This document shows positions 38,631 through 50,241 of a DNA stretch of 64,000 nucleotides, one piece after another. The stretch is from NCBI GenBank assembly GCA_977017645.1, contig OZ360238.1, positions 26,598,001 through 26,662,000 on the forward strand. The letters run 5' to 3'. A program made the translations under genes and the position numbers. Origin of the DNA: Torpedo marmorata. Taxonomy: Eukaryota. The stretch's first letter is position 1; each line of letters begins with the position of its first letter. The notes beneath the pieces were generated by a model, which was given only the letters and a program-made list of their open reading frames with translations, was not told the origin of the DNA and searched no databases.

Positions 38631-38835
38631 GTAAAGGTAAAGGTTCCATTATTGTCACGTAATACTACATTTAGAATGTAACATACATGAAATTCTTTAA
38701 CTTTGTCTACCCGTAAGGCAGACAGAGAGTTGCCACTTTGTCCAGCGCCCCTCACAGAAATGAGGCCCCAGCAGGGAACGAACTCGCGACCCCTGGTTTA
38801 CAAGACCAGTGCTCTAACCACTGAGCTGTGGAGCC
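38631..38835 (-). mobile_element. SINE with tRNA-Thr head and the same body/tail as the 5S-headed SINEs
   Basis: tRNA + CA + TTTCTGTGAGGGGCGCTGGACAAA...GTCTGCCTTACGGGTAGAC...AATTTCATG...TGACAATAATGGAA(CCTTTA)n. Confidence 0.88.
38763..38835 (-). tRNA. tRNA-Thr(UGU)-derived sequence serving as a SINE head (probably not a functional tRNA gene)
   Basis: Minus strand GGCTCCACAGCTCAGTGGTTAGAGCACTGGTCTTGTAAACCAGGGGTCGCGAGTTCGTTCCCTGCTGGGGCCT: 73 nt cloverleaf, anticodon TGT. It deviates by U8C, A58T and a T-stem mismatch, and is fused directly to a SINE body. Confidence 0.85.
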
Positions 38836-39419
38836 TGTAAATTCTTACAACTGACATGTCACTACTAAATACTTCACTATCTATGGCCCATAGAGTAGTA
38901 GATTCTTTCTATATTTTTCCACAGAAAGAAAGCTTTTTGCAAAATTAACACTCCATAAAATCTGAACGTGTGAATCACCGTTGGCATTACATGTAGACAA
39001 AGGATCAACTATTCAGTCTGAATTTTTTCTGCCCACTTTTTTTTAAAACAGGAGTGTTAACTCCTTTCAAATAAATCACTCAGAACTGGAGTTGGAAGAC
39101 AAGCAAAATGTCCCATGATTGTGGCAAATCCTCACCCACTAATGTTGCCAGTAATTTCAAAGCAAATTGGACTACAAACATTGATAAACTGTTTCATCGT
39201 GGGCCATCCAAAAATCAATAGAAATTCAACATATAGAACGAATAGTAAAGCTCAACTGCCCAACATTGAGGGGCATTTATTATAGTATCAGGTGTTTGGT
39301 TTATGAGGAAGAGGTGGGAAGCGAGATACTTTGGGTGTTGCAGTCTTGCATTTGAATTTTTGACTTTGCACATGCCATATGTTAAATTATTTTTACTCTG
39401 TACATAGCACGCTAGCATA

Positions 39420-39710
39420 GTGTTAAGTTACTGTTGGTCTAATATTCAAAAGCCTGGACTATTGATCTGCAGACTCGAATTTGAATCCCTCCATGGCATC
39501 TGGGGAATTTAAATTCCAGCAAGTAAATAAAATCTGGAATAATCCCTTCGTGTAAAAATAATGGAATGTCTTAGAAACCAATTTGGTTTGTTAATGTCCT
39601 TCAGGGAAGTAAATCTGCCATCCCTGTTTGGTCTAGCTCACATCTGACTTCAGATCCATCATTGTGTTGACTCTGAATTACCTCCTCACTTCGTGGGCAA
39701 TTAGGATTGT
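39420..39710 (+). mobile_element. Old degenerate tRNA-type SINE
   Basis: aatgtccttcagggaagtaaatctgccatcc...tgacttcagatcc...ttgactctgaattacc...gggcaattagg; a reverse-oriented relative at about 44220-44545. Confidence 0.5.
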
Positions 39711-40655
39711 TTGAGATCAGTTGTTATTTCATTATCTATGAACGGACAAAAGAAAATGTTGGAATAAAAACACAGAAGTGCCGGTCTCGCAGTGTCCATA
39801 GGAAGTAAAGATATATTACCGACGATTTGGGCCTGAGCAATTTTTTTCGGCAATATTTGAAAAGCAGAGGGGTTAAATGGATGTTCCAGAAGCAAAAAAA
39901 CTGATACCAAACACATCACAGTAAATCTATTGATTTACTGTGAACCAATTCTCAACAGAATAGGATGATTTTTGCTTCAATATCAAAGGGGAAAAAGTCA
40001 TTAAAATTTTCAACTATATAGTTTTCCCAGTAATTCCAGGATATTGCATAGCAACAAAAGTGATTTTGGGTGACATGGATATAAATTATATTATTGTGCT
40101 TTGGAGTCATTGAAAATGTTACAACCATTACTGATCAGCAATGGATTGGGACTGCTGAACCGTTCTCCACCAACTCAGTGTGATGAACTCGTGAAGCAAA
40201 CATTTACTTAACCCAAGTTCAATCAATATACTTTATTCACAAAGTTTCCACTCTGGAAACCAATCCAGCAGGTAACTTACTGAAGGGATAGATACATCTA
40301 TGGCATTCTGTGCACATCGCTCACCAAAATGAGATTATTTTAAAAAAAACAAAAAGCAAGTATCACTAATGCAATTACCAATGTTTTTTACAGTCTAAAG
40401 TGGATTGTCTGTGGCTCTACCTTGCAACAGGACTGGAAAAGTGATACTGTTTGCCCACAGTGCTTTACTTTGACTGACATCTGCTCAGTTACAAGTACCT
40501 GAAATGTCACTAATTATAAATGAGATTTATAGTGCGCGAATTCAATGCCATGTATGACATTGCAGTTTTCAAAGAAGGTGAATATTCTACAGCAATCATT
40601 TAAATTAAGTTACAGAAGATTTCAAAGGCATCAGCAATTTATTTGCTCTTGGAGT

Positions 40656-40968
40656 TAAAGATTTTTTAATGTCATGTAATAAAACAGAAAATGTAATATT
40701 ACACAAAATTGCCTTTAGTCTGCCGTAAGGCAGACGAAGAGTCGCCATTAACATTGCCAGGTGCACCTTACAAATAAGAGAAAGAGAAACAAAAGAGAGT
40801 CCCTTCAGAGTCACTGAGTGTCTGTGGATTCGCTTCCAGCGCTCCCACAGCCTCTGCAGCTGCACAGACTCCTGTTCGATCCGTCGGAAACTCAAACCCA
40901 GATCTAAACCTCCGACACGATCTGGAAACCTTCAGCACCCAAGGCCCTTCGGGAGCCTTTCTTGCCCT
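40656..40968 (-). mobile_element. 5'-truncated copy of the GC-rich non-autonomous element
   Basis: Reverse complement aligns with about 52110-52390; perfect hairpin GTCTGCC-TTAC-GGCAGAC at 40718-40735. Confidence 0.75.
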
Positions 40969-43265
40969 CAATTGAATGATATTAACTCCTTTTGACTCTA
41001 ATAGATGAACAGACTTGCAACTATAACTGCACTTCTAAAAGTAACGGAATATTTTTGAACTGCAGTTTAATTTGATACACAGGCTCTTCAGCCAGTTTGT
41101 AGGCTGCAAGGGAATAAAGTAAGAAGAATACTATTTTAGCTGGCATTTGTTGAGAGTTTAGTTTTGGCGAGGGCATCTGAAGGACTCTTCTTCAAAAGTG
41201 CTACAGGATCATTCAAAACCGGCAGATGTTGCCATCAAGAATTTTCAAAGGTGGCACCTTTGACCACATGCACCAGTCAAAGCATGATGGAATTCAGAGC
41301 AGTCATGTACAGAAGGACGCCACTTTGTCCCTGGATTTTTGCTGGTTCTTCTTAACAGCAATTCCTTCAGTCCTATTCTCTTCCCTTTCCTATATGTTTT
41401 TCCCATTATGCTAATAATGGAACTCGATTCACCCACCTATCAAGCAATGCTAATACCTTGTAACGTGAAAAGAAATTCCTGCTGTTGTCAATCACCTTGT
41501 ACACTTTGCAAGGGCATTGAATCTTCAGCTATCACAATCCAATTCACTCTGATTTCTCCATTTAAACATCTCCCACAAATCTCCTCAGAATCTCCTCTAC
41601 TTTGAGAAGAACAATCCCACCTTCTCCAGATTGTCTCACTATATATCTGTGATACTGTATTTCATAAAAGAAACTACCCCAGTAAATCACTTGTGTACCT
41701 TCTGTCCTTCCTGATGGAGACCCGAGAGTTTGAAGTGATATTAAAACTGCAGTTATATCAGTGATTTTAGACAGCTTTACCAGAAATACCTCACTGCCTT
41801 TACTTAAAGGATTTCATATCCTTTATCAGCCAATTGTATTCCTTCACAGGCTTACGCACAAACACTCCACAGCTCCCTTCCTGCAGCAGTCGAAGCATTT
41901 ACTGCTCATTACCTCTTCTGATTCTTCCCACCAAAATGTATCACCTTACACTATCCTGAGGTGAATTTCATTTGTCAGGTACTTTGTTGTTCTACAAGGC
42001 AGTTTGTGCCTTTTTGTAGATTTCTTCAGAACACTTCCACATCTTCTTTCAAAAGCCAAGTCATTAATGTACATCAAAACTGGAGCAATTCCAGGACTGA
42101 ATCCTCCAAAATGCCAGTCCATTTGATTGATGAGCTTATGTTTCGACTCCTACCACCTCTTTCAAAGCATGAATTCTGCCAACAAACTGAAAGAGGGGTA
42201 CTTTACCCTAAGTCTTTAAATGTCTTTAAACATTTATCACTGAAAGATTTTGAGTAATTGCAGGATAAACACAATGCAGGAAATATGCGTCAATACAGTA
42301 TGTGTAACACTTTGTTGGTTCAAATGTTACTGCGATTTCCCATTCTGGACTCAGTACTTCAGAACCAATGGTGGCATTGTTTTCATTTATATTCCATTCA
42401 TTTAGATCAATGAAAGGATATCATGCCCCAGAAACCATGTGTCTCCAATAAATAGTTTATAGAAATACTAAATGTTAGCATATCCAAGAACTAGATTCAC
42501 CATCTCCAAGGTGAAGAACCTATAATAACGACCTGATTAAACCTTCCAAAGATAGGAATATATGCAATGGAAGAGATCAAAGTTCTGGATAAGATGTCCT
42601 ACTTTTCACCTCTGTAAATTAGATGCAGATTTCATGGTGTTCACTGCATATGAAACTGGAAAACTTGAACTTCACTAAACTGTTTGGCAGCAAGAAGGTC
42701 CTATTACTAAGTTTGAATTGATGGCACTCATGAATTGATTTTAAATTCATGTCAACTCAAAAATATTTGGAACCTCATTTTCCCCAATCCTAAAGAAAAA
42801 TATCACACAGCACTGAATGTAACCCAAGTTCTTGTCCAAATTCAAAACCCAACAACATAATGGAACTGGCACAATCACATATTAATATTATGAATTATTA
42901 AATCACATCAATTTCATGAAGTGTGAACATTAAATATTTCTTGTCCTAATGCACTACGTGCTAATGTTAATGCTACATTTTAATGTTCCCCTGATGTTAA
43001 CCAACTGTGAACGAAAAGGTTTTAAAGATTTTACTTGCTACCACACCGGCCATCTGAGAGTTAATAACCTTATTGAATAATCAATGCGATAAATGGTTCT
43101 CAATTTACAGGAAAACATGGTCTGCTAGGACAGCTATTGATAAACTGGCATGTCTTTGATCTTGCACTGGGATCCACTTTACTGAAACTGAGTACGGCAC
43201 TTCTCAAGTAGAACCAGCATAGTATTTTGCAGGGATTAACAAATCATCCTCATCACTCCCTTTCT

Positions 43266-43478
43266 GTTACAGCACCAGCGACCTGGGTTCGAATCCGGCG
43301 CTGTCTGTAAGGAGTTTGTACATTCTCCCCGTGTCTGCATGTGTTTCCTCCGGGTGCTCCGGTTTCCTACCACCCTCCAAAAATGTATGCGGGTTGTAGG
43401 TTAATTTGGGTGAAATTGGGCAGCACGGGTTTAAATGGCCGGAACTAGCTTCTACCAATTTTTAAATTAAATTAAATT
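43266..43478 (+). mobile_element. V-domain SINE, 5'-truncated
   Basis: B box, V-domain and (aaatt)n tail. Confidence 0.82.
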
Positions 43479-44807
43479 ATTTTTCCGTGTTATTCTGTAA
43501 ATTGTCAAAAATTGACATTGCACACTTCCCAACAAGGATATGTGACATTTTATTATTCTTTCCCCACCAGTCTCACTTCCCTTCCTCTGAAAACATCAAC
43601 TCCAGTTGCAGTCTGTTGTAACGGTGCTGACCTGTCTTCAGTACTGATTCTTTATGAATAATGCGGATGAAAAGTTTCATGCAAAACTGAACATAGTCAA
43701 GGGCACCACATATGTGACAAAATCTATTCCCATCCTGCGTCCTCAGTTGCAGCAAATCATCCCATGGACTGAGCAGAAGCCGGACACCTGGTTGGTTTCC
43801 CCTTTGTGATGAAGAGCATTTCAGAGTAAAGTGTTAATGGCTTTTGCAGAAAGTTCACCTGAAATCATCACAAACTTCGGATCCTTTAGGCTGCTTCATT
43901 TAGATTACCCAACTGAACAATGGTGGAATTTGAAACAGCTTTAATCAGAAAATAAGATTTGTACAGGTGCAATTTTCAATGTCACTGACAGCTCGAAAGA
44001 ACTACGTCATCAAAACTTCATCAAAAGAAAATGGGTTTTGTTCAAAGTGTAAAAATTGTTTTGCCATACAGTTATCAGATAAGCAACTTATTATTAAACC
44101 AATTTCTCCTCCAAAGTCTCAGAGTCTCTTCAGTTACAGTGTGAAATATTAGTTAATGGTAGTTCTAATTAATGGCCCATCCGATTGACACGCTTTACAT
44201 TTCTAGACATGTTTTATACTTTTCATTCTCCCACAGGGTATGGATGTGGCTGCAGTAGTACTATATACTTTCCATCCACAATTTCTCGAAATCAAGGAGA
44301 CAGTCGACTATATTGGTGAGACTGGAATCAACTGCAGAACAGACCAGGTAACGATAACAGATGTTAAAAACCAGATAGGTCTTCAGAATCCGACAGGTTA
44401 TGCTTGTCATTACTGAGACCAGTTTAATTCCAGCACTATTTAATCACTTGGATTTAAATTTCCCAACTAAGATGATGAGATTCAAACTCATCTCTTGTGA
44501 TTAGTGGACTCCAACTCTAGCTCGTGCTGTAACTTAACCACTGTGCAGTGATACCCTATAAAATACGACATCATCCGATAAATGTTGTCTTGCACTGACT
44601 GGAGGATGAGCACTGAATTTCACACTGTTCAGAGTTAATATTTCATTGCATCTCCAATTTGGATATTCCAAAAAGGTCCACGTTACGATCTTTATTTGTT
44701 TACTGACGTTCTCGCTCCTTTATATTTCTTCCAAGTCTATCCATCTTTCAAAATCCATTAAATATCCCTGTGCAGTTCTGGAGGTAGAGATTGACAAATG
44801 ATAGGTG

Positions 44808-46122
44808 TGAGGGAGAGAGGGGAGAGGGGAGAAGGGAGGGAAAGAGAGGAGGGGAGAGGGGAAGGAAAGAGAGGAGGGGAGAGGGGAGGGAAAGAGAGGA
44901 GGAGGGGAGAGGGGAGGGAAAGAGAGGAGGAGGGGAGAGGGGAGGGAAAGAGAGGAGGAAGGGAGAGGGGAGGGAAAGAGAGGAGGAGGGGAGAGGGGAG
45001 GGAAAGAGAGGAGGAGGGGAGGGAAAGAGAGGAGGAGGGGAGGGAAAGAGAGGAGAGGGAAGAGGGGAGGGAAAGAGAGAAGGAGAGGGGAGGGGGAAGG
45101 AAAGAGAGAAGGAGAGGGGAGAAGGGAGGGAAAGAGAGAAGGAGAGGGGAGAGGGGAGGGAAAGAGAGAAGGAGAGGGGAGAGGGGAGGGAAAGAGAGAA
45201 GGAGAGGGGAGAGGGGAGGGAAAGAGAGAAGGAGAGGGGAGGGAAAGAGAGGAGAGGGGAGAAGGGAGGGAAAGAGAGGAGGGGAGGGAAAGAGAGGGGA
45301 GAGGAGGGAAAGAGAGGGGAGAGGGGAGGGAAAGAGAGAAGGAGAGGGGAGAGGGGAGGGAAAAAGGGGAGAGGGGAGGGAAAGAGAGAAGGAGAGGGGA
45401 GAGGGGAGGGAAAAAGGGGAGAGGAGAGGGAAAGAGAGAAGGAGAGGGGAGGGAAAGAGAGGAGAGGGAGGGGGAGGGAAAGAGAAGGAGAGGGGAGAGG
45501 GGAGGGAAAGAGAGAAGGAGAGGGGAGGGAAAGAGAGGGGAGAGGGGAGGGGAGAGGGGAGAGAGGAGGGGAGAGGGGAGGGAAAGAGAGGAGGGGAGAG
45601 GGGAGGGAAAGAGAGGAGGGGAGAGGGGAGGGAAAGAGAGGAGGGGAGAAGGGAGGGAAAGAGAGGAGGAGAGAGGGGAGGGAAAGAGAGGAGGAAGGGA
45701 GAGGGGAGAGAAAGAGAGGAGGAGAGGAGAGGGGAGGGAAAGAGAGGAGGAGGGGAGGGAAAGAGGAGAGGGGAGAGGGGAGGGAAAGAGGGGAGAGGGG
45801 AAGGAAAGAGAAGGAGAGGGGAGAAGGGAGGGAAAGAGAGAAGGAGAGGGGAGAGGGGAGGGAAAGAGAGGAGAGGGGAGAAGGGAGGGAAAGAGAGAAG
45901 GAGAGGGGAGAGGGGAGGGAAAGAGAGGAGAGGGGAGAGGGGAGGGAAAGAGGGGAGAGGGGAGAGAAAGAGAGGAGAGAGGAGAAGGGAGGGAAAGAGA
46001 GAAGGAGAGGGGAGGGAAAGAGAGGAGAGGGAGGGAAAGAGAGAGGAGAGGGGAGGGAAAGAGAGGGGAGGAGAGGGGAGGGGAGAGAGGGGAGGGGGAG
46101 TGGGAGGGGAGGGGGAGAGGGG
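44808..46122. repeat. About 1.3-kb polypurine/polypyrimidine low-complexity tandem array
   Basis: Almost exclusively G and A on the + strand; recurring unit such as GGAGAGGGGAGGGAAAGAGA. Confidence 0.97.
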
Positions 46123-46898
46123 AGTTATGCCTTCTCACTAAATCAACATCTTCTTTCAGGCTAAATGATATGGGAACTCACTGTCAATGAGTAGTGCAAC
46201 AGAAAATCAAGAGAGGTGGCGTTTCCTGCCCTATTCCATTGTAGCAGCATGTCTGAGTGTGCTCAGAACTCTTCTTGCAAACTATCGTTTGAATAGATTT
46301 TGATTCCAATCCTCCTGGATGCCACTGAAGCAGAAACCGAGGCTTCAGACTGAACTCAACAGATAGGTACATCTCAGCAGGATTCTCTGTTTAAAGTTTG
46401 GCAAGAGAACTGAAAGGTTGACAAACCCCAACCTGGGCAAAGTGACAACTTTCACACTGAAAAATGAATGAAAGCGCAAAGAGCATAAATGGTGAAAATA
46501 AAATGACATAGACATAAACATAAACCTTCAGCCTACTTTGACAGCAGTATGGGAAATCAGACAATTGTTTGATGAAATAGCATTGATTCTGCAATGATTA
46601 CTGCTTGCTCCAAGTTTCTGGAGATGCCTTGATGGACCACACCTGACTTAGGACAGCCAAGAAAGAAGTAATCCTGATTTGCTGTAATTCTAATGTGGCC
46701 TGCCAGGTAATTATCTTTTCGAATATTTTTCTCCCATCTCGGAGGCATTTGCAATGAAGGTATTAATAGCAGCATCTTCCAAAGTGCAAACTGATAAAAA
46801 TAAATAACATTGTGAAGTCTGCCCATGTTACTTGTTGCTGAGGACACCAAATTCTGACAGATAGTGTCCAGAGAATAAGGAGGTGACAGGAACACAGG

Positions 46899-47135
46899 AA
46901 TTTAGACTTACAGCACAGTAACAGGCCATTTCGGCCCATGAGTCCGTGCCGCCCAATTTACACCCAATTAACCTACACCCCTGGTACGTTTCGAACGGTG
47001 GGAGGAAACCGGAGCCCCCAGGGAAAACCCACGCAGACACGGGGAGAACGTACAAACTCCTTACAGACAGCGCGGGATTCGAACCCCGGTCCCGATCACT
47101 AGCGCTGTAAAGGCGTTACGCCAACCGTGCCGCCC
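46899..47135 (-). mobile_element. V-domain SINE (HE1-like)
   Basis: Head, V-domain and CR1-type tail. Confidence 0.85.
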
Positions 47136-47237
47136 TAAGTCTGATAAGAAATGCAAATCAAAATGACCAGATCTAATAGCACTATCCTGTCACCCCAGCA
47201 TGATACCTACTTTCCATGCAGTACAATTTAACCTAAT

Positions 47238-47470
47238 TACCATAGAAGCAGGCCTTTTGGCCCTTCTAATGTGCCGAACTATTATTCTGCCTAGTCCCAC
47301 CAACCTGCACCCAGTCCATAGCCCTCCATACCCCTCCCATCCATGTACCTGTCCAAATTTTTCTTGAATGTCAAAATTGAGCCCGCACTCACCACTTCAG
47401 CTGGCAGCTTGTCCCACACCCCCACCTCTCTCTGTGTGAAGAAATTACCCCCAATGTTCCCCCTTTCACC
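47238..47470 (-). mobile_element. CR1 LINE 3' end
   Basis: GNFFTQREVGVWDKLP...LDRYMD remnant plus tail. Confidence 0.85.
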
Positions 47471-48580
47471 CATTGTATGGATTCTCAGTGATGGAGGATT
47501 GGCTGCTGGAGGAAAGGATGAGCTCTCATTTGTTAATCATTGTTTGCCAGCTATTCCAGCCGACAGGACCGGGAAGCAGATGAAGATGACTGATATGCAA
47601 TAGAAAGCAGCCCGTGAACCACTAGGATCAAACTGTCTGACTTTCTCAGCTTCTAACCATGTTACAGTGAAACTAGACTTTCAAGAGGGCAGCTCCAAAG
47701 GCTCAATACGATGCATCGGGATGGGGCAAGCTCTTATTTTCAATTTTTCTTATTTTTAAATAGGTGCTTATTTACTTTCATCGCTACCATCATTCTACAT
47801 CAACAAAATGTTCTTGCAGTGAACAAAATTAAGGAATTTTCCATGCCCTACAGACCAGCCCAATTACCTCACCATCCAAAGATCAAATTACAAGCCCTCA
47901 GCTCCTTCAACTCGAATATCACCACAACCATGGAAATGCCAACTGACTTTTCTCAGAATTCATGTGAACAGTTTTGGTAATTATATCCATTTTTTTACCC
48001 AATTTCAGAGCTTTCTGCTATTTGTACTCTGTGCTGTGGGTTGTTTACAATGTGCTGATGTAATGCTGATTCAGCAGTTGACCTATATCAAACCACTGTA
48101 TCCTCATGATGTAATCCTGTTGTAAGCTACACTGACAGCTTGAATTTTAGCCTTGCTTTCTTAAAGCAGCAGCAATCCTTCTGCATGAAAATGAGAGGGT
48201 AACTTTAAGGTTTATTGAAGTTAAATGTAAACACTTTACCACACTGAGACATAGCTGAATGAGAGCAGTCCGAACACAAGGCTACAGCCCGAGGGCTTCA
48301 CCTTCCACAGTGCGTCAGGTAAAGGCAAAGGCGGCGGCGTTTGCTTCATCATAAATTCAAATTATTTATGCTTTGGTTTCAATCTAGGTCCACCTTTTCA
48401 ACCTGTCCAAACTCAGAATGATACAAGGAGTCATCCCCAAAGGCAGTTGTAACCAATATATCAATGGTTTTTTTCACATTTTCTAAAGATAATGGAACAG
48501 ATTTCTCTTATCAATGAAAATCTGGAGACAACATTTTTTATGATGGTGAAGAGTTGAATTAAAATTTTAAGGACTGATCA

Positions 48581-48815
48581 GGGCGGCACTATTAGCGTAA
48601 GGGCGGCACCGTTAGTGCAACACTATCACAGCGCCATCGGGTTCGAATCCCGCGCTGTCTGTAAGGAGCTTGTACGTTCGCCCCGTGTCTGTGTGGGTTT
48701 CTTCCAGGTGCTATGGTTTCCTACCAAACTTCAAAACGTACATGGTTGGTAGGTTAATTGGGGTGTTTGGGTGGAATGCACTCTTGGATTGGAAGGGCCT
48801 GTTACCGTCTAAATT
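48581..48815 (+). mobile_element. V-domain SINE with duplicated 5' end
   Basis: GGGCGGCACTATTAGCGTAA followed by GGGCGGCACCGTTAGTGC, then B box and V-domain. Confidence 0.8.
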
Positions 48816-48924
48816 GCATTAAAAATTAATAAAGATAAACATTAATTTTAGAGTCATGGAGCCATACAGCACAGAAACAGGCCCTTCGGTGGACTCATCC
48901 ATATTGACCCTCAGCTGCTCATCT

Positions 48925-49680
48925 ACACTAAGCATAAAACAAACTGCTGAAGAACCCAACAGGTCAAACGGCATCTGTGAGGTGGGGGGAGGGGGATGGA
49001 GGAATTGTTGAGGCTTCAGAGACTCTGCATCAAGACTGAGAGTAGAGAGGGAAGATAGATGAATACAAAGAGATAGAGAGGAAGGGGAGGGGCGAGACAT
49101 GGGCCAGTCAGTAATAGGTGGACTGATGAGGGTCGTGGAGCCAGGTGAGAGAAGGAGAGGGGTGGAGATGGGGTACAGGGGCAGGAGAATGAAAGGTGCA
49201 AGCAGGCAGAGGGGGGAAATGGGCTGACAGAGCCAGTTGCGGAGAGGGGGTGGAGCAATTGAGGAGGACTCAGCTGCTGGGAGATGAGCAGTGGGGACAC
49301 AATCACTGCCAGTGCAGGACTGTTAATGGGAACCATGAGGGGAGAGGTGAAGGGCAGATGGAAGGGGAAGGAGAGGGAACGAAAATGGCAGGCCTGGAGA
49401 TTGATTGAAATGAGAAAGGGGAACACAGGAGGTGGGTATGACCTGAAATTGGAAAATTCAATCTTCATTCCACTAGTTTGGAAACTACCCAGGTGGAAGC
49501 TGAGGTGTTGTTCCCCTAGTTTATGTTGGACCTCATGTTGGCAGTTGGCAAGTCCAAGGACAATGGTTAGGTGTGGGTACAGCAAGTTGAAAAGGGATAT
49601 GTTACCAGGAACGTGGGATGGCCATTGTGGACTGACCACAGGTGCTCTGCAAACAAGTCAGCACGTCTGACCTTGAACCC
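48925..49680 (-). mobile_element. Degenerate Penelope-like element 3' region
   Basis: Minus-strand translation remnant QHKLGEQHLSFHLGSFQTSGMKIEFSNFR resembles the end of a PLE ORF; followed by a pyrimidine-rich UTR and the terminal repeat. Related fragments at about 39755-39840, 55040-55330, 60250-60460 and 62850-62950. Confidence 0.6.
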
Positions 49681-49695
49681 CCCCAGATGTCAGTT

Positions 49696-50241
49696 GTGGG
49701 CCCGCCTGCACTCGTCCCACCGTGGGCCCGTCGGCACTCGTCCCACCGTGGGCACGCTTGCACTCGTCCCACCGTGGGCCCGTCGGCACTCGTCCCACCG
49801 TGGGCACGCCTGCACTCGTCCCACCGTGGGCCCGTCGGCACTCGTCCCACCGTGGGCACGCCTGCACTCGTCCCACCGTGGGCCCGCCTGCACTCGTCCC
49901 ACCGTGGGCCCGACGGCACTCGTCCCAACGTGGGCCCATCTGTACTCGTCCCACTGTGGACCCGTCCGTACTCAACACACTGTGGGCCCGTCCGTACTCA
50001 ACACACTGTGGGCCCGTCCGTACTCAACACACTGCGGGCCCGTCCGTACTCATCCCACTGCGGACCCGTCCGTACTCATCCCACTGTGGACCCACCCGTA
50101 CCCATCCCACTCTGGACCCGTCCGTACTCATCCCACTGTGGACCCATCCGTATTCATCCCACTGTGGACCCATCCGTATTCATCCCACTGTGGACCCATC
50201 CGTACCCATCCCACTGTGGACCCATCTGTACTCATCCCATT
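49696..50241. repeat. 26-bp GC-rich minisatellite, about 21 units
   Basis: Unit GTGGGCCCGTCGGCACTCGTCCCACC and variants; period 26 (49696, 49722, ...). Confidence 0.95.

Noticed and set aside
38763-38835. Functional tRNA-Thr gene
   Set aside because: U8C, A58T and a T-stem mismatch, no T4+ terminator directly after it, and fused to a SINE body.
44720-46164. Three long ORFs (447-472 aa) rich in E/R/G or P/S/L
   Set aside because: They arise because a pure purine/pyrimidine tract contains no stop codons; no coding signal.
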